A stretch of DNA of 64,000 nucleotides from Candidatus Bipolaricaulota bacterium. GTDB lineage: Bacteria > Bipolaricaulota > Bipolaricaulia > UBA7950 > UBA9294. The first letter of the stretch is position 1, and the number at the start of each line of letters is the position of its first letter. The stretch is from the NCBI GenBank assembly GCA_030606565.1, contig JAUWGE010000001.1, forward strand, positions 87,740-151,739, read 5' to 3'. Both the position numbers and the translations under genes were made by a program. This document shows, piece by piece, positions 31,205 to 40,374 of the stretch. The notes beneath the pieces are model-generated. The model did no database searches and had not been told where the DNA came from. It was given only the letters and a program-made list of their open reading frames with translations.

Positions 31205-31418
31205 GACATCTCTGAAAGCGCGCCGTGTCAAGGCGATGTTCCTTGGTTCGCCTCCATGGTGGCCTTTCTGTCATCCTGCATTCGAACCCGGCCTGTAGGA
31301 ATCATCTCTTCGCTGTCCAAGCGGCATAAGGTTGTCCTGGAGACGTGTTGAGCTCCAGCGAAGCGCCGCCCCGGCAGGAAGCGGAGAATTCGGAAATGGA
31401 AATGGGTGATATGTCTCC
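31205..31418. repeat. MITE-like ~210-bp element, copy 1
   Basis: gacatctctgaaagcgcgc...gcataaggttgtcc.ggagacgtg...ggaagcggaga.ttcggaaatgg...gatatgtc shared with 34990. Confidence 0.75.
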
Positions 31419-31885
31419 TGATTTCCCTCGGGCGATTATTTCCCAATTCACTAGTTCGAGAAGCATCCGTTGAATGAGACTGGATAAACGATCTTTGCCG
31501 CATTGTCGCGATGTTTCAAGCCTCATCTGCTCCGAAGGGCGAGTGCAACCGTATTAGGTGTCAAGTGTAGGCCTGAAACTCTGTTCCTTGACCCTCTGTT
31601 CGCTTTGGGCGGGCCGTGGTCGCTGATGGGTGAAGGTGGGCTAGAACTCGGTGCCGATCGCCAGAAGGTCAAAATCTAAGCTTCGACCACAATCAACTCA
31701 AGCGATCCCTTTGATGCGACGAACGCGCAGAGGTTAAGAACACTCCCGGTCTCCGAAGAAGTACACCAGTCTATGTGTGCGTCGCAGCAGGAGATCCGTT
31801 CCCAATGGCAGTTACCCAACAGGGTGGGGTAAGAAACAAAGAAGGGCCGAGCCCATTGAGAGCTCGGCCGCTTCAGGCTGCTTGT

Positions 31886-34534
31886 CTACCTCGTTTCCCA
31901 GTACCCGGTCATGAAGATCATCGCAACGGCTTGCACCTCAGCCGAAGGGGAAGAGCCCAAATACGCCAGGAGAGCGCTGGCCGCACCCTTCATGTCCGGC
32001 GTCACTGACGGATCGGTGCTGGTTGCATAGATTTCCAATTCCCCGAGCATGAAGCCGACATACTGTGCTGGAGGAATTATGTCATACAGGCCCTCGTCTT
32101 TGTACTCAACCCCGCTTCGTCTGCCAAACTCGCGAGCGTACTGCTCAACCCAGGCAGGTCTTGTGCTTGCACCACTTACTACATCGATTGTGGTGCTTAC
32201 TGAGAAATCTTCACCGGAGGCCCACGTTCCTTTCAGCTCCAGCCTTTCCATCCCTAGGGGTTCAGTAATTACGCCTGGAAATTGATACGTTCCAGCTTTG
32301 AAGAATTGTGATATGGCCATGGTGGATCTGCCGTCCGGGGTGTGGTCGATGAGTTCCACTTGGGCGTCCCCGCTGAGAGTGATGGTGATCGTGATTGTCT
32401 CGTCGACCATATAGGTTTGCTTATCCGTCGAGATCGTGGCCTCGAAACGATTGGGAAAATATACGTCCTCGGAAACCACGAGAAAGCTTGTGCTCGTGGA
32501 GGCGATCTCTCCAGTTTCCGATACTGCTTGCAGTTCAAGCCTTTCTGTCCCTGTGGGTTTCACTATGGTCGCGGCGATGGAATGGACGCCAGCGGCTAGG
32601 TGACCTAGTGGCAAGAGCTGGTAGCTGCCATCGGGGAGGAAGTCAACGATCGTGATCTGCGCGGGTTGACTGACAGAAAACGTGATAGTAATACTATCTC
32701 CCACCGTGTACTGACTCTTGTCCGTACCGATCGAAACCCGGAACTCAGATGTAGGTTCTTTAGTCACCGTGGCCGGCGTCTGGAGAGACTCGGTCCAGAG
32801 GGTGCCGATCGTCACACGCACTTTCTTGCTTTTTCCTGCTGGGAAGTTGCGAATCACGAGCCCACCGCCACCTTCCGCCTCGTCCTTCTTTTTGACAGGG
32901 TTATGGCTATTGCTCACTTCGTAGGTTGTCGGTTTCGGAGGCGTGCGCGTGCTTCCCGGCTGATCCTTGCGGATGACCTTGCCGTTCTCGTCCACCACAG
33001 TCACCGGTGCGGGGTCGATGATCTTGAGGGTCTGCTTACCATACTTGTCGATCGAGGCTCCGACAACGACTACGTTGTGTCTATTGACCACGGGATTCCC
33101 GTCCTTGTCACCACGGATCGGTTTGCCCTTCTCGTCGAGTTCCGCAATCTCGAGCGTGATCTCAACGTTGTTTCCGTCCTTTAGAGCTTGGAAGATATCG
33201 TTGAAGCTCGGGTTCTCCTTCGGGGGCGCTGTAGAGATGGAGTATCCACGGGCCTTCTCACTCAGCCACTTGCTCACCCATCCCTTGCCAGCACGAAAAC
33301 CATTATCGTACGTTCCTTTTCCCGAGTCTGTGTTCATCTCTTTTGCGAGTTTCTCTTTTAACCACCTGTTGAACTCATCCGGAGTCTTCCCTTCACCATC
33401 CGGGAGCCTTTTTGTCGTCTCAGATTGGTCCATCAGGTAGCGCAAGGAGTCTGCAGCCGCGGTCGGCACGCACTCGTTCTCACCTTGCACGATATCTGGC
33501 ATCGGCGCATTGATACTTGCAGAGCGCGCTAAGATGTCAGTGATCACTGGCTTTGCTCCAGGGATGGGCGGTGCTGCCTGCGCTGCTGCAGCGTTTCCGG
33601 CCGCTGCTGCAGCTGGTGGTTGTGCTCCGGCCCCTGCTGCAGCTGCTACCGCTGCTGCAGCAGGGGGTCCCGCACGCTTCGTGGTTAGGACGAATGGACT
33701 CCTCGTCGTGGACGGTTGAGGTGGAGGCGGTCCCCCATCCGGCGGTAGGCCATTGTCTGGCGGGCGGCCTCCACGCGGCGGTAAGGCTCCCGACCACCAC
33801 GCAGGTTCTCGCAAGAATGCGGTTCCAGCTGTGTGAGCACAGTGGTCTTCCGTCTCTCCTCGCTCGAATCCGCCGACAGGTCCAGCTCCGTCCCAACCGG
33901 CCTCGCCGTAGAACTCCCAGTTGATCGCCTCGGTGGTCAACGTGGCGCGGGCGCACGGAGAGCTGAGCAGGGCCTGCGTATCGACGAGCGAGAAGGTTGT
34001 GCTCACGATCTGTGTCTGGTCTACAAATAGGATCGGGACGTTTTGCATGATCCACTCGATCTGGGGTTGATCTCCAATGTAGTACGTCCGAAAGACACCA
34101 TCATGGTTGAGATCGGCGGCGACATTCAAATAGCGAATCGTGCTGTCCGTGTCGGTGGTGATCGGAACACAGACCCGGCCAAGGCCGGTGACCACCCCGC
34201 CGACCACGACGCTCTGGATGCTAATCCATCCATCGTCTTCGTCTCGGTCGACAACCTTCGCGTCCCCCTCAAGGGTGGTCGTTGATCTCGGAGAAACCCC
34301 GATCCATTCGTGAGTCACATCCAAGTGGTACGGTCCGGTCATCCCGGTTCTGGCACTGGGGGAGTATCTCAACGTGGGGAATCCGGGATCAGGGAGATCA
34401 CCGAAATCAGCCATCCCGTCCGCACCTGATTGAGCAACGATACCTACGAGAGAAACCCCGACAATGAACAGGGTTAGGATCAATACGCATGGCAGGATTG
34501 CTCCACGCCATCTCACATGCACGAGAACATTCAT
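31886..34534 (-). CDS. Exported multidomain protein: GEVED-like region, Pro/Ala linker, putative papain/C39-like peptidase, two Ig-like repeats
   Basis: N-terminal hydrophobic helix; DFGDLPD...GETEDH; QGENECVPTA...HNVVVVG...IIDP; repeated TDKxxYxVxxxITIT. Confidence 0.65.
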   Translation of the reverse strand: MNVLVHVRWRGAILPCVLILTLFIVGVSLVGIVAQSGADGMADFGDLPDPGFPTLRYSPSARTGMTGPYHLDVTHEWIGVSPRSTTTLEGDAKVVDRDEDDGWISIQSVVVGGVVTGLGRVCVPITTDTDSTIRYLNVAADLNHDGVFRTYYIGDQPQIEWIMQNVPILFVDQTQIVSTTFSLVDTQALLSSPCARATLTTEAINWEFYGEAGWDGAGPVGGFERGETEDHCAHTAGTAFLREPAWWSGALPPRGGRPPDNGLPPDGGPPPPQPSTTRSPFVLTTKRAGPPAAAAVAAAAGAGAQPPAAAAAGNAAAAQAAPPIPGAKPVITDILARSASINAPMPDIVQGENECVPTAAADSLRYLMDQSETTKRLPDGEGKTPDEFNRWLKEKLAKEMNTDSGKGTYDNGFRAGKGWVSKWLSEKARGYSISTAPPKENPSFNDIFQALKDGNNVEITLEIAELDEKGKPIRGDKDGNPVVNRHNVVVVGASIDKYGKQTLKIIDPAPVTVVDENGKVIRKDQPGSTRTPPKPTTYEVSNSHNPVKKKDEAEGGGGLVIRNFPAGKSKKVRVTIGTLWTESLQTPATVTKEPTSEFRVSIGTDKSQYTVGDSITITFSVSQPAQITIVDFLPDGSYQLLPLGHLAAGVHSIAATIVKPTGTERLELQAVSETGEIASTSTSFLVVSEDVYFPNRFEATISTDKQTYMVDETITITITLSGDAQVELIDHTPDGRSTMAISQFFKAGTYQFPGVITEPLGMERLELKGTWASGEDFSVSTTIDVVSGASTRPAWVEQYAREFGRRSGVEYKDEGLYDIIPPAQYVGFMLGELEIYATSTDPSVTPDMKGAASALLAYLGSSPSAEVQAVAMIFMTGYWETR

Positions 34535-34695
34535 AGCTCACCTCCTTGTTAACCTACGGTAGGTGATCCTACAAGACGTGTCAAGCGGGTGAACCAAGAC
34601 ACAGGTTATAACGTAATACGTCTCGAGGAGTAGTTGCGGCCTCACCAGCTAGCGCGCCAGGGCTTCATTCTGTGCTTCTAGAAAGCTTGGCTTAA

Positions 34696-34769
34696 GACGC
34701 CCGAGAGGACTCGAACCTCCGACCTTCGCATCCGGAGTGCGACGCTCTGATCCACTGAGCTACGGGCGC
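34696..34769 (-). tRNA. tRNA-Arg(CCG) with irregular 3' end
   Basis: GCGCCCGTAGCTCAGTGG...TCGCA-CTCCGGA-TGCGA...GGTTCGAGTCC; terminal G-U pair, C discriminator, no CCA. Confidence 0.8.
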
Positions 34770-34774
34770 GTGTC

Positions 34775-34862
34775 TGGCGGAGGGGGCGGGATTTGAACCC
34801 GCAGAGCTTTAGGGCTCGCCGGTTTTCAAGACCGGTGGTTTCGTCCGCTCGCCCACCCCATT
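34775..34862 (-). tRNA. tRNA-Ser(TGA) with first three bases unpaired (possible pseudo-tRNA)
   Basis: CCGGT-CTTGAAA-ACCGG, long variable arm, GGTTCAAATCC, CCCCTCCGCCA; 5' end reads AATGGGG rather than GGAGGGG. Confidence 0.8.
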
Positions 34863-34989
34863 ATCGCAGAAGACAGTAAGATGAGGTTCCTAGAAAAGAG
34901 GAGCAGAAGGCGGTGTAGGGGTAAAACCTTGCCTTTTGACCTCATCGCCTGAGTTGTCATCCAGCGAATTGAGCGCCACAGGACAACTT

Positions 34990-35203
34990 CGGGGACATCT
35001 CTGAAAGCGCGCGCTTTTTCAAGTGAGGCTCTCGGTTCACGTTCACGGTGGCGTTCCTATCATCCTTCCCTTACACCCGGTTTGTCGGAGTCATCTCTTC
35101 GCGATCCACGCAGCATAAGGTTGTCCCGGAGACGTGACGAGATCCAGCGGAGTACCGACCCGGAAGGAAGCGGAGAGTTCGGAAATGGGTGATATGTCCC
35201 CCG
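34990..35203. repeat. MITE-like ~210-bp element, copy 2, with terminal inverted repeats GGGGACAT...ATGTCCCC
   Basis: Seen directly; colinear with copy 1. Confidence 0.75.
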
Positions 35204-35544
35204 ATTCTCCAGTTGTTCTCGTCCACTATTCAGAGCAACCATCCTTTTCAAGATGTGCACCATCCCGACAGACACACTGGATGAAACAGACAACGGGGGC
35301 GGCAGTTCAGAGCCGAGCAGTACCCTGTTACAGGCCTGCGGACCCCACGAGCCACACCCCCGTCAAGTAGACATTCTACTCGACAAAGGCATGCCCGTCA
35401 CCTGTGTAAAATCCAATGGTAGACCCTTTGTGTCTATTCCTCGAGGCTTGTTCTGGTCATCAGGGCCTCCTTGTTTTCGGTAACACACTTTATGAGGCAC
35501 CGATGACCCGCTCGGTAACAAATTCAATGAGGCAATTCGCGGTA

Positions 35545-35573
35545 TTGACAAGAAGCAGTCTATGGAGTATAAA
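35545..35573 (+). promoter_or_regulatory. Sigma70-type promoter
   Basis: TTGACA-N17-TATAAA. Confidence 0.6.
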
Positions 35574-35585
35574 GGAATAGTCGCG

Positions 35586-36050
35586 ATGGATTCTGACTGG
35601 AAGCGGACACTACTGAAGCTGCTGGGCGGGGCTGTATTTGGGGCTGTAGCAACTTTTCTTGCATTGCTAGCTTTTGAATACATCGATGTCAGGGGTCCTG
35701 ACTTGGTGTACGGCGTGTCGCCGTCCGTCACTCTTCAGTGTGAGAAGGAATTCTTCGAGTTCCAGCAGATAATGGTGGCGAATCTAGGCAACGAACTAGA
35801 GTCCGATGTGTATGTGAACCTCAAGATCTCCTCAAGTGACCTGCTGCGCTACGGGTTTACCGGCTTCGGCTCTCCTACCGTGGCGGAAGCCGAGAGCGGT
35901 GAGGCCTCTGCGTCATTTTGCTACAAGACGCTCATCCCCGGAGCTACAGCTTATCTCGTGCTCCAGCTGCGGCATGGAGCCACCATTAGTCCAGCGGACG
36001 TGGAGGTGTATGGTAACTCAGGTTTTGCGCGGGAGAAGACCATTGAATAG
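35586..36050 (+). CDS. Hypothetical membrane-anchored protein
   Basis: N-terminal TM helix then beta-rich domain; downstream of the promoter above. Confidence 0.65.
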   Translation: MDSDWKRTLLKLLGGAVFGAVATFLALLAFEYIDVRGPDLVYGVSPSVTLQCEKEFFEFQQIMVANLGNELESDVYVNLKISSSDLLRYGFTGFGSPTVAEAESGEASASFCYKTLIPGATAYLVLQLRHGATISPADVEVYGNSGFAREKTIE

Positions 36051-36539
36051 ATCGAACTTTGGAACAAGCGTCCAGACCACCCAGTACAAGTGGCACCAAT
36101 TGGCAAAACACTGCAGAGGGTATCTACGGACAACTGAACTGCTGAATTCGCGCACTTCATTACCTACTACGCTCATCAGGCACCGTATCCTTTGCACGCC
36201 ACGTCCGCTTCTGCTATACTCGTAGGCGGAGAACGGAGTTGACAAATCGTGATGAAGCTGATAGAAGTCGAGGTCGCATGCAGCATGCGCAAGAACCAGC
36301 AACAGATGAACTCAGCAAGAAGAGAAAAGGGAGGTGGTCGTGCGCTAAGACTTTCGCCGTAGCGGAATTGACCTGGTTATGATGGAGAGTATGAAGGAGG
36401 AATTCAGATGGAAATGAAAGTCAAGAGGTTTCAAGAATCCCATTGCTTCGAAGCAATGGACTAGATTCATTGTAGACGAGAGGAGTCGACTATTTTCGCG
36501 CAGGTTTTAGCCCCATCTGGGTGCAACGCAAAGGCCGAA

Positions 36540-37523
36540 GTGGTAAAATTCGTAGATCGTGTTTTTCTCTCCTGTATCGCGCAGGTAGGGGAGTTCTTGC
36601 GATCGATTGTCGTACACGTTGACAGCGAGTCGCCTGAACCCTTGTGGGGCTTGGACCTGTTATTGCCTTGTCCATACGAGTGTGTCCGGTCTGTTAAAGA
36701 TGTTTCAGAAACCTGCTTGCTGGACCCTGCCGAGTATCACTTCAATAGTGTGCACACGTTAGGCTATAGAGTGCAGTCAAGACCAGACCCAGGGAACCAA
36801 GCGGGGATAGGAAAGATAGATACTGATGGTTTTGAGAATGTGGAAGTCTACACGGGAAGCGCCATCAGTGTCAATCGTGTGGCGGACTCCACACTTATAC
36901 AGATAAGATTTAAGGATGCACCGATAGAAGCTGGTGCCTTCCGCGAAATCCGGCTTCTTCTCTTGCAGGAAATCCGATCTGAGGAGGTAGCTAGTAGTAG
37001 TCCTGACAAACTTCCGTGGCAGCGAATTGCCCTGCCGTATCTCGAAAAAACACAAACGGCGGACGCACGCGAACTCTTGAGCTCGGATGAAAGAGAACTG
37101 CCAGTTCGTCCGATATGCGACGCTAACTCTCTGCAAGGGGGGTTTGATGTGTTCATCTACCTCCCTCAAGCCTGTGAATACGAGTCGTGGACGACACGGG
37201 GAGTGCGTTTCGACAAATACGGGATAGATGGCAAGGAACATGGCGAGATCTCGCGCAAGCTTCTATGGAGAATGCGTTGGGCCTTGGAAGAAAGTCGCGC
37301 TTGGACGCTTGAGCAGATTGCCGAACGTTCGGTGGACTCACAGGAGGTTGAGTTCACGATTGAGGGGCTACTAAGACCCGGTCCCACTTCTCTGGAAGCA
37401 CAAAAGACTGGGTATGAGCAGGTCAAACGTGGTACACTAGTGATCGGTTGGGTATCCTTTGCCGCGTTGGTTGTTGCGATCCTGGGCTTTGTCCTCATAA
37501 TGATTCTGCTTTTACGGGGTTAG
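36540..37523 (+). CDS. Hypothetical protein with C-terminal TM helix (possible ATT start at 36492)
   Basis: 327-aa ORF with hydrophobic C-terminus; GAGGAG lies 6 nt before the in-frame ATT. Confidence 0.65.
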   Translation: MVKFVDRVFLSCIAQVGEFLRSIVVHVDSESPEPLWGLDLLLPCPYECVRSVKDVSETCLLDPAEYHFNSVHTLGYRVQSRPDPGNQAGIGKIDTDGFENVEVYTGSAISVNRVADSTLIQIRFKDAPIEAGAFREIRLLLLQEIRSEEVASSSPDKLPWQRIALPYLEKTQTADARELLSSDERELPVRPICDANSLQGGFDVFIYLPQACEYESWTTRGVRFDKYGIDGKEHGEISRKLLWRMRWALEESRAWTLEQIAERSVDSQEVEFTIEGLLRPGPTSLEAQKTGYEQVKRGTLVIGWVSFAALVVAILGFVLIMILLLRG

Positions 37524-37580
37524 CCACCCTAGGGTAAACTCGAGAGAAGAACGGAGTTTTAGGCGCTGCGTGCGAATTCC

Positions 37581-37700
37581 GGGGGCATCTCTGAAAGCGC
37601 GCGCCGTGTCAAGACTTTATGTTCCATACTTGCTTTGCTAACATCCTGCCGTCGAACCCGGTCTGTCAGAAGCATCTCTTTGCCGTCTAGGCAGCATAAG
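37581..37700. repeat. MITE-like element, truncated copy 3
   Basis: ggggcatctctgaaagcgcgcgccgtgtcaag...catcctg...tcgaacccgg...catctctt...gcagcataag. Confidence 0.7.
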
Positions 37701-37791
37701 CCGGAATACCACCGGATGCGTGACACGGTCCCATGCGCCTCGCGACACCATTTGCGCCTGCAGCGTTCATGAGCTAAATTAGATTCGACGT

Positions 37792-38796
37792 ATGTCAAGC
37801 CATACACGTGTTCTTAGGAACATCGCGTTCACACTTGTGGGAGCACTGTCCAGTGCCATAGTCGGCCTCTGGATCAAGGCTCCACTGCCACGTGGACTTC
37901 TTCCTCTGTTATTAGTTCTGGTCGTACTCCTGTTGCTTTTTGCGGTTGGCGTGTTCGAGCGAGTACGGACTGTGTGGCAAGTGCGAACTCGCCATGGGTC
38001 CTTCCCCTTCAAAGCTCCCCAGGTTTGCATTCTCAATGATTTGGAGTGGAAACCTGAGGGAGATAGAGTTTCAACAGGCACTGCGGTCAGGCCCAGCCAA
38101 TGGAAGCACATGCTTGAGGAAAAGGCCGCAGAATCCGGTATCAAGGTCAGGGTCAGGCTGGTGAAAGGCAGGAAGAGCCTCCCACGATACTGCCTTGTTG
38201 TCAACCCTTACGGCGGCGTCTATCCCGAAAGCGATCTTGAGAATAGGACGACCCTTCGCACTATCTTCTCTTATGTTGCGGGTGGCGGCTTCTTCCTAAA
38301 TGTTGCTGACATACCAGGATTCTGGGCATACAGCGCGATGCTCCATAGAAGACAGCATGCCACCCCTGCCATCTGGGGTGTGCGTGAAGGTGGCTACACT
38401 GGAATTAGGCCGTTCAAACTCACCCCGTTCATGGCACAGTTGGGTCTCGAAGTTCTCAACAGCGAGGGAACGTCCATGTTCGAGTGGCCAGCAAAGCCCC
38501 ATCAAGAGTGCGCTTCACTAGGTATTCCGGATGACCCGCTCGCTGTGCATCGCGTTGTCAGAGTGGAGCCAAATGTTGTGCCTTTGATCCTTGCTCGTGA
38601 GATTCAAGAGGCGCAAGGCGGATCCGTTGGGGTCACACCTTTCTTCGCGATACCCTACGGCGATGGTGCCTTCATTGTGTCACTTGTGTTCCAGAATCAC
38701 GACCGTGAAACCAATCGCCAAATGAAAGCCGTACTGGCAAATCTGTCAGTCGCCATAGCCTCAAGAGAGCTCCTTGGGTTCTTAACTAGCAACTGA
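37792..38796 (+). CDS. Hypothetical protein with two N-terminal TM helices
   Basis: 334-aa ORF, hydrophobic N-terminus. Confidence 0.7.
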   Translation: MSSHTRVLRNIAFTLVGALSSAIVGLWIKAPLPRGLLPLLLVLVVLLLLFAVGVFERVRTVWQVRTRHGSFPFKAPQVCILNDLEWKPEGDRVSTGTAVRPSQWKHMLEEKAAESGIKVRVRLVKGRKSLPRYCLVVNPYGGVYPESDLENRTTLRTIFSYVAGGGFFLNVADIPGFWAYSAMLHRRQHATPAIWGVREGGYTGIRPFKLTPFMAQLGLEVLNSEGTSMFEWPAKPHQECASLGIPDDPLAVHRVVRVEPNVVPLILAREIQEAQGGSVGVTPFFAIPYGDGAFIVSLVFQNHDRETNRQMKAVLANLSVAIASRELLGFLTSN

Positions 38797-39154
38797 GTGG
38801 CTAGTCGGGTGACACAATAGCGATCTCCTCCTTCAGCGAAGAACAAGCCCCATGCACACCCCACGGAACACCAGCAATCCAGTGCGCCAACACGGGAACG
38901 ACTTAACAGCGCCCTCCTCAATACAGCACGCTGCTGTGGAATAGATAGTTGTTGCGCTCCCGCGGGAGCTGGACGCGGGTGGTTCGCGGATGGCTCGGAA
39001 TCACATCTTGAAATGCAACATCTAAAGACGCTGGTTTCGCGTGTATAGAACGCAAAAGGCCGCGCTGATCTGCCTGTTGTCAACTGGCGCAGATCGTAGG
39101 AAGCAATCAATGCTCGCGAGAAAAGTGCTTGTTGGGGAACGGCCTCAGCCGTTC

Positions 39155-40039
39155 CTAGTCGAAGAGACCGGGTTGCGCGGCACTCGGCACCAGGTACGGC
39201 TTGACAGAGGTTGAGATCCCGTACTTGGCACATAGCTCGTGAAATCGCTTGTAGAGCCCGTCGGCGTTCGGTGACGGGCAGTTGTAGGCCTCGCCGTAGG
39301 TTTCGACGTAGCGCGCCTTCAGCCCGGGAAATAGTTCGTCAAGTTTTTCGTAGAAGTGCGAGCGCTGGCGATCGCGTATGCTCATTCCAAACCACGGGAC
39401 GATCGCTTTCACCCCGCAGCGATGCGCTTCCTCGATGATCCCCATCACGTTCTCCTGTGTGTCTTCGATGAACGGGAGCGTCGGCATGAGGGCGATCCGC
39501 GTCTCAAGACTCGCATCGCAAAGCTCCTTCAACGCCCGGAAGCGCGCCGAGGAAGGGGGAGCTCCCGGCTCGATCTTCTTTGACAACGCGTCGTCGATCG
39601 TCGTGATGGTGAGGGAGACCGCGGCGGTGTGAAACCGGGCGATCTTCTTTAGGATCGGGATGTCACGCAGGACGAGATCGCTCTTGGTGACTACGTGAAC
39701 GCCGAAGCCGCAATCGGCGATCGCCTCAAGCGCCCGGCGAGTCAGTCTTACTTCCTCTTCGAGCGGCATGTAGGCATCGTGCATCGAACCTGTGCCGATG
39801 ATCCCCTTTTTGCGTTTTCGCGAAAGCTCATCACGGAGCAGATCGATCGCGTTTGTCTTTATCAGGACTTCTCCGTCGAAGTCCTCGATCCCGTAGCACA
39901 GACTGCGCGAATCACAGTAGATGCAGTGGTGTTGGCATCCGCGATAGAGGTTCATCCCGTAGTCGAGACCGAAGTAGGTATCGATCCCCGAAACGCGGTT
40001 GATGATCGTCTTGGCACGAATCTCTCGGATCATGTCCAC
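39155..40039 (-). CDS. Radical SAM protein (SPL-like/Rv2578c-like)
   Basis: NLYRGCQHHCIYCD, VTKSDLVLRD, IEPGAP. Confidence 0.88.
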   Translation of the reverse strand: MDMIREIRAKTIINRVSGIDTYFGLDYGMNLYRGCQHHCIYCDSRSLCYGIEDFDGEVLIKTNAIDLLRDELSRKRKKGIIGTGSMHDAYMPLEEEVRLTRRALEAIADCGFGVHVVTKSDLVLRDIPILKKIARFHTAAVSLTITTIDDALSKKIEPGAPPSSARFRALKELCDASLETRIALMPTLPFIEDTQENVMGIIEEAHRCGVKAIVPWFGMSIRDRQRSHFYEKLDELFPGLKARYVETYGEAYNCPSPNADGLYKRFHELCAKYGISTSVKPYLVPSAAQPGLFD

Positions 40040-40192
40040 TTAGTGTACTGTAAGGAGCTCGCGGGATGTTCTTCTTCACGTTCCCCTCGACGCTGATCAT
40101 CGTTCATGTACAAATAGGTGCAAGGATGAACACGACCTTCTTTTTCACTGGATAGCTCTTGTGTTTGGTCTTTGCTCTTAGCAGCTTTTCCC

Positions 40193-40221
40193 TTGACAAC
40201 CCCTTTCTCTGCTCGTATACT
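40193..40221 (+). promoter_or_regulatory. Sigma70-type promoter
   Basis: TTGACA-N17-TATACT. Confidence 0.7.
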
Positions 40222-40374
40222 GCTTACACTTTCTAAACCACCGGTCCCTAAGGACCACCTTTGGGGGTACGATAATGAGGAGTAACGCGCTCTAACTGAA
40301 GTCTGTCGGTCGCGGACGGCTCGTCTTTGATTTGCCGGTTGGTTTTCTCTTTCCCCTACTTTCAAGGAGTTATA

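Noticed and set aside
33560-33790. GCT/GCA repeat tract as a separate repeat element
   Set aside because: It encodes the Ala/Pro linker of the 882-aa protein.
27478-39150. Classical integron (intI plus attC) or prophage explaining the accessory tract
   Set aside because: No tyrosine/serine recombinase or phage genes, and no convincing RYYYAAC...GTTRRRY attC hairpins after the ORFs.
40240-40260. Twister ribozyme suggested by CCGGTCCC.AAG
   Set aside because: The remaining conserved elements and pseudoknot partners are absent.
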